A DNA stretch of 64,000 bases, taken from Lytechinus pictus. Lineage: Eukaryota. Where the stretch lies: positions 12,154,001 through 12,218,000 of the forward strand of contig NC_087263.1 in NCBI RefSeq assembly GCF_037042905.1, read 5' to 3'. Below are positions 1 to 12,774 of this stretch, piece by piece (the stretch's first letter is position 1; every line of letters begins with the position of its first letter). The notes under the pieces are model-generated. The model saw only the letters and a list, made by a program, of their open reading frames with translations. It did no database searches and was not told the origin of the DNA. A program made the translations under genes and the position numbers.

Positions 1-94
<94 letters not shown>

Positions 95-140
95 TTCCTT
101 CCTTCCTTCCTTTCTTTCTTTCTTTCTTTCATTCATTTAT
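1..140. repeat. (TTTC)n / (TTCC)n microsatellite
   Basis: Directly visible tetranucleotide array at window start. Confidence 0.97.
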
Positions 141-1174
141 TCTCATTTATTTCCTTCTTTTCCCTTTCTCGTTCATTTATTCCATCTTGTTTCTTTTCCT
201 TTCTATTTAGGTCTACTTTATTCCCCTTTTTTTGTCTCCCCTCTCATTTCCTTTAAAATCTATAGTCACGAAAGTGCGAAGCGAAAGAGAGAGAGACAAC
301 AATTAAAAGACAAAACATTAAAATCTAATCTATATATATAGTGGCACTGTGGCAGTTTTAATATCAGATGCTCCTTTTTCTTCATCTTCATTTTCCTGTC
401 AATTTTCTCACCGGACGTGCGGACGTCTTTTTTTTTTTTGGGGGGGGGGGGGGGCGGGGGCGTACAGTGCCCTGGAAACGATTTTTTTTTTTTAGTGGCG
501 GGGGGGGGGGGGTGCTGAACAACATTTTAAGGTTTCACTATACAAAATGAAGGTTATTTTCGTCCTGAGCAATTTGACAAGAAAAAAAAGGGTTTCTGTA
601 AAAAATATGTTGGTCATTGTTGTTACCTTTCTCCATTTTGTCACACCTTCCAGAATTACTAGGGGGTGCTGCCTAAGGAAAATAATACACGCAGCACCCC
701 AATTTTTGGGGATCATGCTTCAGCCCCACTTCTCATGGCCATGGGGGCGTATAGTATCTTTCAAGCCTCCTCCACTATGTCACCTATCTGTATGCCAAGA
801 TAAGGACAGCTGGTGTTGCAATACATTTGGTGATGATATCTTTAATTCTCTGTAACCAAATTTGACAATTTTAGAACAAAAATTGGATAAGCGTTTAGCT
901 CATTGGCTGGCAAAAAACAAACAAACATAATTTGAACATGAATGCACGTTATTCAAGAGGGGTTCGGGACACCTATTGCAGCAGAAAGAGAAGAAAAAGA
1001 AAAGAAGAAACTGTAACAAACTTTTACCGCCCGCCCCCCAAAAACACATGTTTCAAAATCGCTTCTTGAAAGGGCACTTCGCTGCACATTAAAATCTTTT
1101 TAACTCCTATTTAAAAATCTCCTTCATGTTCCTGGAACAATATAAAGATTATGATCGCTCCTTTGAAAGGGCAG

Positions 1175-1230
1175 TATACGGCAAACATTGCGATGTTAGG
1201 TATATACGGCAAACATTGCGATGTTAGGTA
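1175..1230. repeat. 28-bp perfect tandem duplication
   Basis: TATACGGCAAACATTGCGATGTTAGGTA at 1175-1202 and 1203-1230. Confidence 0.95.
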
Positions 1231-1819
1231 TATAGGGCCTATTGGGTGGGTTTTTGTTATGTCTTTAAATTTCAATGGTTGTTCCAACCCCTTTTTTAAC
1301 AACAATTTCATTTTCATTGGTCTAAACAGCAAGGGGCGGCGGAGCGAAGTTGAAAGTGTGGGGGGGGGGGGGGAGGGCACCTTTTCTTTGGAAAAGGGCA
1401 CTATCTTTAAAAAAAAGAACAAAAAGACTTATATACAGTGGCGTATTGAGCCAAAAATTTTGAGGAGGCTAGATATGTCGTATCAAGTTAAATGTTAAAT
1501 TTTGTGATATATTTCACCCTTCTCTTTTTTTCCTTCACATATGCAAGTAGTAACATAGAAAACAATTAAGAGTATATATTGCTTAATTTCTTGTTTCAAA
1601 GGGGCACTTGTTAACACATAGAACGGGTCCTTCTCAGGAGAAAGGGTCACAGTACACGTTCGGGAGGGGCATTTTTCTTGCATAAAGAGGGCTCTATTTC
1701 AGAGCTTCAAAAAGTGAAGGGGGCAGTGTGCCCCCCCACCGGCCCCAACAGGATCGATCGCCGCCTCTGGGTCTAAAATTGTGTTCTCCGGTCAACAAAA
1801 CAGATGTATGGGTCGACAA

Positions 1820-1855
1820 CATAGAGATGTATACTAATTAGTATATATCTCTATG
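1820..1855. mobile_element. 36-bp palindromic TIR-only insertion with 8-bp TSD (P/hAT-like rules)
   Basis: CATAGAGATGTATACTAA|TTAGTATATATCTCTATG (1 mismatch), flanked by GTCGACAA at 1812-1819 and 1856-1863; CA...TG termini. Confidence 0.75.
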
Positions 1856-1949
1856 GTCGACAATTAGTTTTGCCCCATCGAAAATTTTACCAAAAGAATT
1901 ATAACAAAATAATAAAACAATAATATCTTTGCATTTTCCTACGTAGCCA

Positions 1950-2210
1950 TCTGTTTAGCCGGCCTACTTTGATTTGGGAGATGGATGTGGGGTGTGATTT
2001 TTTGGTTGCCTGCCGCGCCGCGCCGCGGGACGTCGCGGCGCGGCCTGCATATCGATCATCATTAATTCCGAAATTCAAGCGCGCATTTTCAACTTGCCGA
2101 ACTTGAGTTGGACTCGGGCTCAGCTGGAGATCTGTCACTGTCAGTGAGTTCGAGAATAATCCTAAAAAAATTGTTATTCGTGTCTGGAATATCATGATAC
2201 TGTCGGTAAG
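1950..2210 (+). promoter_or_regulatory. CpG-rich promoter-like island with candidate first exon ending at donor 2205|2206
   Basis: Local CpG/GC enrichment; 11-bp GC inverted repeat 2017-2027/2034-2044; ATC ATG ATA CTG TCG|GTAAG (ATG at 2194). Confidence 0.5.
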
Positions 2211-5200
2211 AACGTTATCCTTTAATTCTCCCTTTTCGCTTTGACACTGTGATTGTTTTTGGTCGTTTGTGGCAAGTAAATTTTTGAAAATGAGTAGTTT
2301 ATCAAGTCATTACAGCAGCAGGAGGAGAGACCAACAGATCACCACCGGTGCGGGCGGTTAGGCGGGCAGAGATGGGTAGATAGACGAATGCATGAGGAGT
2401 CTGGCTTGGCCTGGCAAGGGTTTTGTTTTTACGAGTTTGTTGGTCAATTTTTGCACGAAGGCAAAGGAAAGGACCAATAAAAATACATTTCACCAAATGT
2501 GTATTGCTGTGCTGATATGTTATACTTTTATTTTTTTCCGATTTTTTTTAATGTTTTAACATTAAAAAAGAAAGCCCAGTGAAAAACTGAAATGAATTTA
2601 ATTATGTGGGCCATCCTGGGAAAATGGGTATTATAGGTGAAATTTTGGATTTTGGTTTTTTTATGTTTTCTGGTACATGGACACATGTACAATGTGTATA
2701 CAAAATATTAGAGTCTAATTCATATTTAAATTAGAGATATGGCCAATTGAATTAGGGGTACCCCCCCCCCCCCTGCCTGGCAGTTTGGGTCGTCATGGTA
2801 GTCGGGCTTATTATTCATCTTTTCATGATAGGGAAATGTTGGTTCTTTTGTAACGCCCAACATACCTGGCATAGGCGAGGTGATATTTTGTAGTGCAGAC
2901 ATAATTTTTATATATACACAGCTAGGCGAATACAATAAAACAAATTATTCTACATATTCAACCACACCCACACTAGAACCCACACCCACACACTCACATT
3001 ACATGCAAAAAAAACCCTTATGGAGACTATTTGTCATACTATATATAGTTCGTCATAGCGCGTAGTTTTAACATGAGAGGAGGTTCCCAGATCCAATGAC
3101 CAGGGGAAGATGGGGTTGGGTTATTCATCTGATTTTTTTTTGTTGGGGGGGGGGGAGGGGCAGCTTATCATTTTTTGGGGGGTGTCCACCCCCACAGGCG
3201 CCGCAGAAAATTTTTTGAAAATGGGAGGGGCTGTCCATGCAAAAAAAATCACAATCAAATGGTAATTTTTTACATGTTTATACATGCGTTCTGGGGAAAA
3301 AAAGTGGGGCCAAAGCCCCTGCCCACCTCCATCCTAGATTTGTCCCTGCCCTTAACCCCCCCCCCAAAAAAAAAAGACACCACCATGCTGTTTGTCCATA
3401 CTTCACTTTCTCGCAAAGTAAAATCTAAAGAAAATCATGCTTAAGCTTTGGAAAATAACCACAAACAAAATTCAATTTTGCAAAACCAAGTTTTTTCGAT
3501 GGCAATACACAATAGTGAAAAGCTGATGCGAGCTACATTTCATAAAGATTTAATATGACAGCAACTCTTGATGAAATATCAACTTTCATTGAACTAGCGA
3601 ATCAGGAAGCAGAAGGTTCACTGTTTTCATGGTAGTTTTCATTCGAGCAAGGGATCATATCCATATTTAATGAAATGGGCCACATTTGGTTTCTTTTTAG
3701 GGATGGGGTAGTCATGAAAATATATTTCACAAATTGCTGCCAAATTATCTGGATCACTGAAGGATTTTTTTTTAGGTCACTTCGTTTGAAAAGAAGAATA
3801 AAACTGTGCATAAAAACTTGGCTCCACATATTAATACGACAGGTATTATAACTAACAAATACTCACAAATACATAGTCATCTTTTCTCTGCTACACTCTG
3901 TACACGTGTGTAATGATATGCGTTGTAAACATCTTATGCTTGAATAAAAAAATAATATCAGAGTTTAATTCTTGATATGGAAGAGACTACATACATTTAC
4001 TCTCTTCTATGCAGCAGTATTAGCAAAACTCAGGAATGTGCATCGCTCTCCACTGTCCAAATTTGCACTAAAAATTATATAAAACACGATAATCTCTCCT
4101 TAGTGTGTGTGTTTAACATTATCACAAACTTCTTAATACAGCAGCAAACTTACCACATTTCAATTTTCTACAATGACATCCTTTTAATGGGTTAGCAAAC
4201 GTTACAAATTAAGTTTAATTTTTTTATCGAAAAACTTCAGAGTTTGTTCATTCAAAGTAAAACATGTATTCATTGTTCAATTTCCTCTCCTACCGGGGAG
4301 GCCGCGAGGTGCCTTGTCCTCATCTAAGATCTTTCCATATATCATATTCCCTCTATTTGGAAAATCCAGTTGATAGCTTATCTGGGAGTATCTGAGAGAC
4401 TATGTCAGCAGGGTTCACCAAAGGGGATAATTTTCTTCCTCTGCATTGTTTGCTTTCTTCATGTTCCAGTCTTAAAAATGCCACGTTCCGATGACTCAAA
4501 TCTACATGTTTGATGAATGCAATTGAAAAGTTCATCGATATTAATGTGTTATAAAAACAGTCACATTACACTCTCATTTCTTCATGATTCATGGACATTT
4601 ATCAACAACATGATATTTAAAATACATTAACTTTTCACTCTTTGGCTTTGTGTGAATGTTACTTGTATTTCTAATAAAGGTGGAAGTACTCCCTGATGTC
4701 ATATTTTTCTACCAAAAAAAGATTTAACTATTGTTGGGTAAAAAAATCCCTCCAAAATTCATGAGATGTTCATATTTAAATGTTTAATTTGATATATCAC
4801 TTGCAAAAAGCTTTCTCTGCATGAGCTTTTATCCAAATTCTATATATTTTTTTCATTTTTTATTGTTTTTATCATTTTATATTTTTTTATATTTTCCATA
4901 ATTCTAGATTTCATGTACTAATAGTGGTAAAATAAATTTTAAAACAATATCTTATAAAACGGCAATTAATTCGTGGAAAAATCGGTTACAACTGACATGA
5001 TAAAGTAAAAACTGGCACACTATTTCCATATAGAATATGGATAAAGCATGGAAAGCTACCTGAAGCTGTGGTAATGGTGAATCCCATAACAGAGTCTTAA
5101 AGTACTTCTTGAAGGGCTGCTGTCAGCTGTATGTTGGTTCTGAGATGTCTTGTCCTCACTGCAATAATATAGTTGCTCTGTAGATCCCGTGCCTTTAACA

Positions 5201-5677
5201 TGTTTAACACAACGAAAGAAAACAAGGCCAATTAGTTAACAAATTTTCAGAGTTAAAGTTTATTTAAAAAAAAAAACACTACTTAAGAAAAAAAACTAAA
5301 AAAAAAAAAAAAGTAAAACTATAATTTATTTTTATTTTCAAAAATATGTCTTTTCATTTTTTTTTTTTAAATATTGAATGATTTTGTGTAGAAAGTTGGC
5401 GAACCTCATGTAATGTAGCTCGACCATATTGTAGAAAAAATAAGAAATACCCCCCACACCCGCCCCCAAAATATATTGTTATTTTTGAATAAATTTCTTA
5501 TAAATTGTGACAATCTGTTTTCTAGTTATAATTTCGATATCATTTGCACAGCTTTGGTGAAGCTCATACCAAATAGACCCCACCCCCTCCGAAAAAAAAA
5601 CAAATTTGAAATCAGAAGTCCGACAAATAAGAATTTTGTTAGAAGAGGGGATTTGAAAAATGTCCATAATTAACCGA

Positions 5678-6170
5678 TTTAAAAGGGTACTCCGAGCTGA
5701 AAATAATTTCATCAAATGTAAGCAAATGCTGCAAATTTCATCAAAATCTGATAACAACTAGATCTAAAAGGGTTTTTCATGCATTATAAAAACAGTTATA
5801 TGCACGTCTTAATAAATATTCGTTAGATGGGCTGATGATGACACCCCACTTTAACTTTTCTTATAACAAAACATGAAATCATACTTATTTTATTTGGTCA
5901 TACGTGTGTGAATGATATGTCACCTTTTTGCATTAATTAATATCTAGTCTTGGAGGGGGGGGGGGGTAGAACAAACATAATTTCATGTAACAAGGTGAGA
6001 CATCTTTGCATCAGTTTGTCAAGTAAATTCATAAAAACATGCATAGAACTGTTTCACCGAAATCCATATCTTTAAATTATCATAGCTCTTTTACTCCTTG
6101 TCCAATTTTGATTTTTTTTTATATACATTTTTTACAAACTTGTTGCATGTGATAGATTTAACTTAAATGG
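5678..6170. mobile_element. Old degraded non-autonomous DNA transposon related to the 58627-59220 element
   Basis: Starts TTTAAAAGGGTACTCCGAGCTGAAA; shares AAATTTCATCAA..TC.GATAACAA and ATGGGCTGATGATG blocks with the 58627 copy. Confidence 0.55.
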
Positions 6171-6475
6171 TTACAAGTATGTAACGAAGGCCTATATAAG
6201 TATACGTGCAGATCTAGATCTAGTTGATAGCCTAGGCATACATAAGTTAGATCTTAAAAAGGCCGTCAAAGTCCCGGACAAATACCGCGAATCGCTGCAG
6301 CAGTCGCATGTAATTTGACGTTTAAAGTCGTTCCTAAAAAAAGCTCTCTCTCGATCGATCCACATAAACACGCAACACAAAATTCACATTCACGTGTTTA
6401 GTTGCCATGTTCCTCGCATCGCAATTATCAATGAATTTAACAAAACAACTCAATCTGCAACATAATTTAACTTAC

Positions 6476-6823
6476 CTTCATGGATTTCAGCCAAGGATGT
6501 TAAATTCAATCAACATGTATCCGAACCCGCCACCAAATATATCGAGCCGATATCCACAGTTCTGAAAAATAAAAATGCGCCTGACATTTTTTTTATTTCC
6601 CGCGGGTTGTTTGTTTTGTTTTTCCTCGCGACGCGCGCCAGACAAAAGTTTGATGACACGCGTATTTAAATGACGTCCTAGCGCATTTATTGTCTCTCAC
6701 CAATAGTCTGGTTTTTGCGCGACGCCACACATTATAGAAAAAGGTTGAGTTTCTTAATAGCTGTCAGTGTCAGACAACCTGATGCCAGCCTGGGACGAGC
6801 AATGTAATGGCAGTGTGAACTAG
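6476..6823. promoter_or_regulatory. CpG-rich, probably bidirectional promoter; likely 5' end of the coiled-coil gene and of a - strand transcript
   Basis: CGCG-rich 6575-6725; E2F-type TTTCCCGC 6596-6603; CRE-like TGACGTC at 6671; consensus donor AAG|GTAAGT on - strand at 6476|6475; weaker + donor TAG|GTACGG at 6823|6824. Confidence 0.55.
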
Positions 6824-6872
6824 GTACGGTTCACTGTATATCTTGTGTAGATGTAGACTCAGTGGCATGTCT

Positions 6873-6907
<35 letters not shown>

Positions 6908-9900
6908 GGGGGGGTTCCCCTTTCATATTTTCAATGTCTGTTATAGCCTAGGGCTAGGCTACAGGTACAGGCTAGATCAAGACTGTAATAACTGTCTAAT
7001 TTCAGGGAATTTATTAAATTTTCGGGCAATTTTTATGTGAGTATCCTCCCCATCATAGATTTTAATGCATGATTAATAATCAAAATCAAAATGTAGTAAA
7101 TCATTAATCGAACTTCTACATGTATCTTGGCCTAAATAACAATTTGATGTGATGATTTTTACAATTCTTTCCCCATAAATGTATAGTAGCAATTAAGTCA
7201 GTGATTTGCATGCATGGTTATTTATTGACTGACAAGTTTGACAACTATTTGGAAAATTGAAGTATTTCAAGCCTTTTCAATCAGATTTAATTTTCCGAGG
7301 TTTGCCTACATTTTCTTTTCTAGACTCTTAAAATGTAAAACATCTACATGTAGGCCGCCAGTTTTTTTCTGTTTTTATTGAGATTGATTTTCTTTTATAG
7401 ATGTTTAAAATATGCTGATTTGTATCTTATTAAAACAGTAATTTTTTACATTTTTAGTTGCCAATTTAGGGACTCTAGTACTTAAATTGGCAACAAAAAA
7501 CAAGGGAGCATTTCATGATACAAGCTAGTAGTATCATTTTGTGATACAAATAGTCAGTTATTTTTAATAGATAACTGTTATAAACTTCTTTATCCTTTCA
7601 TCTGTTGATTTGTTCCCCAACAATAGTCACAGAAATTCACTGACTTTTTGCTACAAAAAGAAAAAAAAAATCCCCTGTATAGCACTCGTAACTATTAACT
7701 AAAGATGGCCCTGGGAAGCGGGGGCAAAGCTCCCTTAAGATTTTTCAGGGGGTGCTTGTGTATATTATTTACCTTTAATAGGCAGCACTCCCTGAAAACT
7801 ACACTGTAGGTTGACGAGCACAAAAATGAAATACATATTAAAAAAAGGTTATTGCTGACTGAGATTTTTTTGAGAAGTACTATGTATATAAAACGATAAG
7901 CTTTTTTATGCTTGTCAATTTTTTGGGGCACCTTCTATTTTGTTCCTACACGTATGTAAATTGTTCCCATGGTAGTGGGGCCCTGATCTTGTGAATTTTG
8001 AGGAGTTCTGCAACAAAACTTTTTATACATGTACATGTAGGTGAAACTTATATAGTGTTTATTATTAAAAGATGATTTATTGTATTTTTCATTTTTACTT
8101 TAATATTGGAAACTAAATTTCTGTATAAATTGACCAATAAAAGGATGTTGAATCTTTAACATCTTGAACCAAAATTTGTGTCCCTTAATCAGAATTATAA
8201 TGGACTAAGAATAAAAATAATAAAAAATTAATCATCTTCATATCCAACATGGAAGCGTTGATCTTGAGTGGTTATTTTGAGTTTTGATGGATGTCTATTG
8301 AAGTGGATTGTGAACGAGGATCATCCTTTGTCTCGAGGGCCTGAATCTGTTTGACGCTTGCATTGTTTGCACCTGCCCTATGATCATATTTACCCAGCTC
8401 AAAATTATGAAAATTATTTGATTGATTGCTCTGTAGTGACACAGCAAGGAATTAATCCTGAGGAGTGCTTCACAATAATGTGTAATCTATATTTTTATTT
8501 CTTGTTGTAATTGGTATACATGTAGGATGTATCAGGGAAAATCTGAAAGGGTTATCTTTTTCTTTTAATAAGTACTGTAACATTCATTCTTAAAGAAACA
8601 TGTATTAATATAAAACTAATGGCTATTTTGCAATGTTCTCACAAGGGATATAAGGTTTTTTTCTTCTGCTGGTGCCAATTGTGATTTTTTTTTTTTTTTT
8701 TTTTTTTTTTTGGGGGGGGAATGTCAGATAATCAGCTGTGATGGTTTCATTTATAATAAATATAATACATGTAGATTGTCATTTTGATTGAATAGTATTG
8801 AAGCATGTACACAGTGTTAGTATTTGTTTATGTCTTTCTGTGTGTATGGGTGTATTTTTTTGTGTTTGAAAGAGAGAGAGAGAGAGAGAAAGAGCAATAC
8901 TACCTCTACCAAAATTCTGTATGAGGAAAACGTGTCATTGTATGTGAAAATGTATAGAGTTATTATCAATGTGCTTTTGATATTATTTTGCAACCTTTTT
9001 CTAAAAAATTCTTTGCTCGTCTTGACCTCAACATTTAGGCCTATTAAAAAAACAATATTCGAAGCTTTGTGACTCCATTCACTCCAATACTTTTTTAACA
9101 TCATGAAGAGTATTCACAAAATATCCCTAAATCAAGAAAAAAAACTTGATTTCCAAAGTTTAAAAAAAAATTGCTTCATTTAGTCAGTGGACAGAGATAA
9201 CAGACAGAAAATGCATGCATTTTCCAGACCTGTGTGTGAGAGAACTTTCAACTTAAAGCTGATTTCACTTTTGCTTATGATTTTCAGCTTAATTCCTCAC
9301 ATACAAAAACTATGGGAGCTCTTTTCATTATTTGTCAGCTGTTTTTCAACACTCTCGAACAGCCTTTTTCAGCTCTTTAATTGGGACTTCTAAACACCCA
9401 GGTTGCAGTTGGAGAGAGACTGAATTCTCGAGTCACGACATCACTTTTATAAAAGAAAAGGAAAGGGTACCTGGATGGCCAATTCGCCATTTTGACAAAT
9501 CATTGTCATTATTGTTTGCAGTGCATATATTAATAGCAGAATCACAATGTACTGTGTACTTCTGAGAAAAAATAATGCCCCCTGCATGGGATGTGTTCTT
9601 TCACCTTTATCCCCTCCCCCCCTGACATTTGTAACGTTCATTTGAGATCCACCCATGTGTGGGGTCTTCGGGAGAAGCCACCTGTCGTCCACGAGTCAAT
9701 AGAATGTTTGCTGAGATGAAGATATGTTCGTAGTATGTGGTACAGGACTGGGGTCTAGGTTGGCCCGGGTGCCATGGCGACGTGAAGCCAACTGCTAATG
9801 TCAAGATAGTCTGTCGGTGCAGACCCAAAATAGCATGTATAAATGCAGGCACAAGCCTTGGTTTTCGTTAATGCAGTGTCTGAAGTAGAAAACTAGATTT

Positions 9901-10522
9901 ATTGTGGCTGCTCTCCTTTTTTTATGCAGACAGAGGCTGGTGTTCTGAACTCAGAAATATAAAATCTGGTTAGAAATTGTGGTTTAACTACTGTATAGAT
10001 AGCCAATAGTGACACAATCATTAACATTTAATACAAGTTCAATTAATCATTTCATTTGACACTCAAATCATTCAGAATCATCAGGAAATATTAACAAAAA
10101 TTGTTTTCTTCACTATTAAATCGTTGGAAAAGAACAAAGTAAAGATGAAAAAAACAATGTAAAACATATTTGTGTGACATTTTTGGCTTTCCATGATTTT
10201 AGCACAGAATTATCTTGACCATCAACAGTTAATTCAGAATACAGGCCAGAGGGTCTGGAGTCTAGCCTCCATCCCAAGACACAATTTGTCAAATTAGAGT
10301 CTTTGCTCGGCCGCTCGATGATCGTCACAATTACAAGCTATCCCATTTGTTGGAAGTACATGTACGTGCTACATTTTTTAAAAGGGGTCTGAATTTTCAG
10401 CCTACATAGGGCTGAATTGAATCAGGTATTAAATGTTATACCAAGTGACAAACCTAGGCTTACATAAATTGTACTTAATTGTCTTTTATAGGTATACCAT
10501 GTCGTTGATCGGTGTCAATTAC

Positions 10523-11100
10523 ATAATAATAATAATTGGATTCATACAGGGCTTTTCCAGAGGATACAAAGCGCTGTTGATTGCATAAAAAGACAAGTAA
10601 AGGTTTATGGTTTAGTGTGTTTTGAGATGTTTTTTGAAGAGGTCAAGAGAAGAGACGTTTCGAAGAGATGGAGGGAGTTTGTTCCAAAGACGGGGCAAGA
10701 GATTGAAAGGAGTTGAAACCGGCCTGTTTTCTGGATTTTGGAATGACATAGGAAGGAGCAGCTGCAGAACGAAGAGAGTATGTAGATCTTTGTTGCTGAA
10801 ATAATGAAGAAATGTATTAAAAAAGGTAGTGTGGTTGACAGGTTTGAACAAGTATTCGATAATGTATTCTATCAGAAACAGGTAGCCAATGTAGTTCATT
10901 TAGAAGAGGGGTAGCATGACACCATTTTGGTTTTTGACAGATTAATCGTGCACATTTGTTCTGAAGGCGTTGAAGTCTTCCAAGATCTTGTTTACTAATA
11001 CCCCAAGCAAGCAACCACCATAGTCGAGCCTGGAGAGCACAAGTGCCCTAACAACATTATGACACGTGTCCTTAATATCCAGGAAACTTCTAATGTAAGA
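10523..11100 (-). mobile_element. 5'-truncated L2/CR1-group LINE (ORF2 C-terminal region, frameshifted) with 3' tail
   Basis: Minus-strand peptides IRSFLD..VVRALVLSRLDYG, LQRLQNKCARLI..HATPLLNELHWLPVSDRIHYRIL and PRLWNKLPPSLRNVSSLDLFKKHLKTH, typical of the L2-group ORF2 C-terminus; ends in (TAT)n tail. Confidence 0.9.
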
Positions 11101-11453
11101 TCTGATCCTGTATTAATTGCAAAGCAGGTTGACACTTCACAAATGAAATATTTGTTTGAAAAGGTGCTACACTTGTGCTTGATAGAGGATCTCACAGGTC
11201 AGTCATATACAGTATTTGAATTCTCTGATGGTGCATTATTTGAACACACTTTGGCATTAATGTTTCAAATCAATCATTGTGTGTATTAAAACATCTTTCC
11301 TCTAGGGCCACCAATTGGTGTCAATAATAACATACAATTTTTCAGTGTACCAATCTGTCAAACAACATGTTAAAAAAGCATCCAGGTGGCAGGACATTTA
11401 AAAGTTTTTCATGAAGAATTTTGCAAATTGGAAGGAGGAGAGGGGCAAACAAG

Positions 11454-12447
11454 TTTTTGTCTCACCTGCATAGCAGAGTGAGACTATAGGCGCCGCTTTT
11501 CCGACGGCGACGGCGGCGGCGACGGCGGCGGCGACGGCGGCGGCGACGGCGACGGCGGCGTCAACACCAAATCTTAACCTGAGGTTAAGTTTTTGAAATG
11601 ACAGCATAACTTAGAAAGTATATGGACCTAGTTCATGAAACTTGGCCATAAGGTTAATCAAGTATTACTGAACATCCTGCCTGAGTTTCATGTCACATGA
11701 CCAAGGTCAAAGGTCATTTAGGGTCAATGAACTTAGACCATGTTGGGGGAATCAACATCAAAATCTTAACCTAAGGTTAAGTTTTTGAAATGTCATCATA
11801 ACTTAGAAAATATATGGACCTAGTTCATGAAACTTATACATAAGGTTAATCAAGTATCACTGAACATCCTGCATGAGTTTCACGTCACATGACCAAGGTC
11901 AAAGGTCATTTAGGGTCAATGAACTTTGGCCGAATTGGGGGTATCTGTTGAATTACCATCATAACTTTGAAAGTTTATGGATCTGATTCATGAAACTTTA
12001 ACATAATAGTAATCAAGTATTACTGAACATCCTGTGCAAGTTTCAGGTCACATGATCAAGGTCAAAGGTCATTTAGGGTCAATGAACTTTGGCCAAATTG
12101 GGGTATTTGTTGAATCACAGCCATAAATTTGAAAGTGTGTTGGTCTAGTTCATAAAACTTGGACATAATAGTAATCAAGTATCACTGAACATCCTGTGCG
12201 AGTTTCAGGTCACATGATCAAGGTCAAAGGTCATGTAAGGTCAAAGAACTTTGGCCACGTTGGGGGTATTTGTTGAATTGCCATCATATCTCTATAAGTG
12301 TATTGGTCTAGTTCATAAAACGTGGAAATAAGAGTAACCAAGTATCACTGAACATCTTGTGCGAGTTATAGTAGTTTTCAAAATCAGCACTGCTGCTATA
12401 TTGAATCGCGTGATGCAGGTGAGACGGCCAGAGGCATTCCACTTGTT
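11454..12447 (+). mobile_element. Non-autonomous Helentron/DINE-1-type (HINE) element with internal tandem repeats
   Basis: T-rich start; 13-bp subterminal IR GTCTCACCTGCAT (11459-11471)/ATGCAGGTGAGAC (12413-12425); partial IR GTGAGAC 11478-11484; (GGCGAC/GGC)n microsatellite; about 5 units of about 165-192 bp containing GGTCAAAGGTCA. Confidence 0.8.
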
Positions 12448-12569
12448 TAGGTAAAACTTTACGCCCACAACAAGGTATGTTTATAATACAAGGTATGTTA
12501 CAAGTGATTTAACTGACAAATTTGCTTTGAAAAAATCAAAAGCAAGGATTTCAGTTGCCATTTATACCA

Positions 12570-12720
12570 GGGTTCCGTTTCATAAAGACTTGTTAGTAAC
12601 AAATGCAAAATTTCTATAACAATTAAACTTACCATTAGCCAATCAGATTGAAGGATTCCAGTAGCTTTTAACTGTTATTGCAAATTTGCTATTATAACAA
12701 GTTGTATGAAACTGGGCCCC
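12570..12720. mobile_element. About 150-bp MITE (further copies 37815-37954, 43220-43351)
   Basis: TIR GGG..C.GTTTCATAAA..CTTGTTA / TAACAAG.T.TATGAAAC.GG.CC; internal GCCAATCAGA..AAGGATT.CAGTAGCTTTTAAC. Confidence 0.8.
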
Positions 12721-12774
12721 AGTTGTCAGTGAAAATGTTTCTTGAAATTTTCTGGTGACAGAATGTACACTGTA

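Noticed and set aside
420..515. Poly-G tracts as functional G-quadruplexes
   Set aside because: Such tracts are scattered through the window, often inside repeats; nothing singles these out
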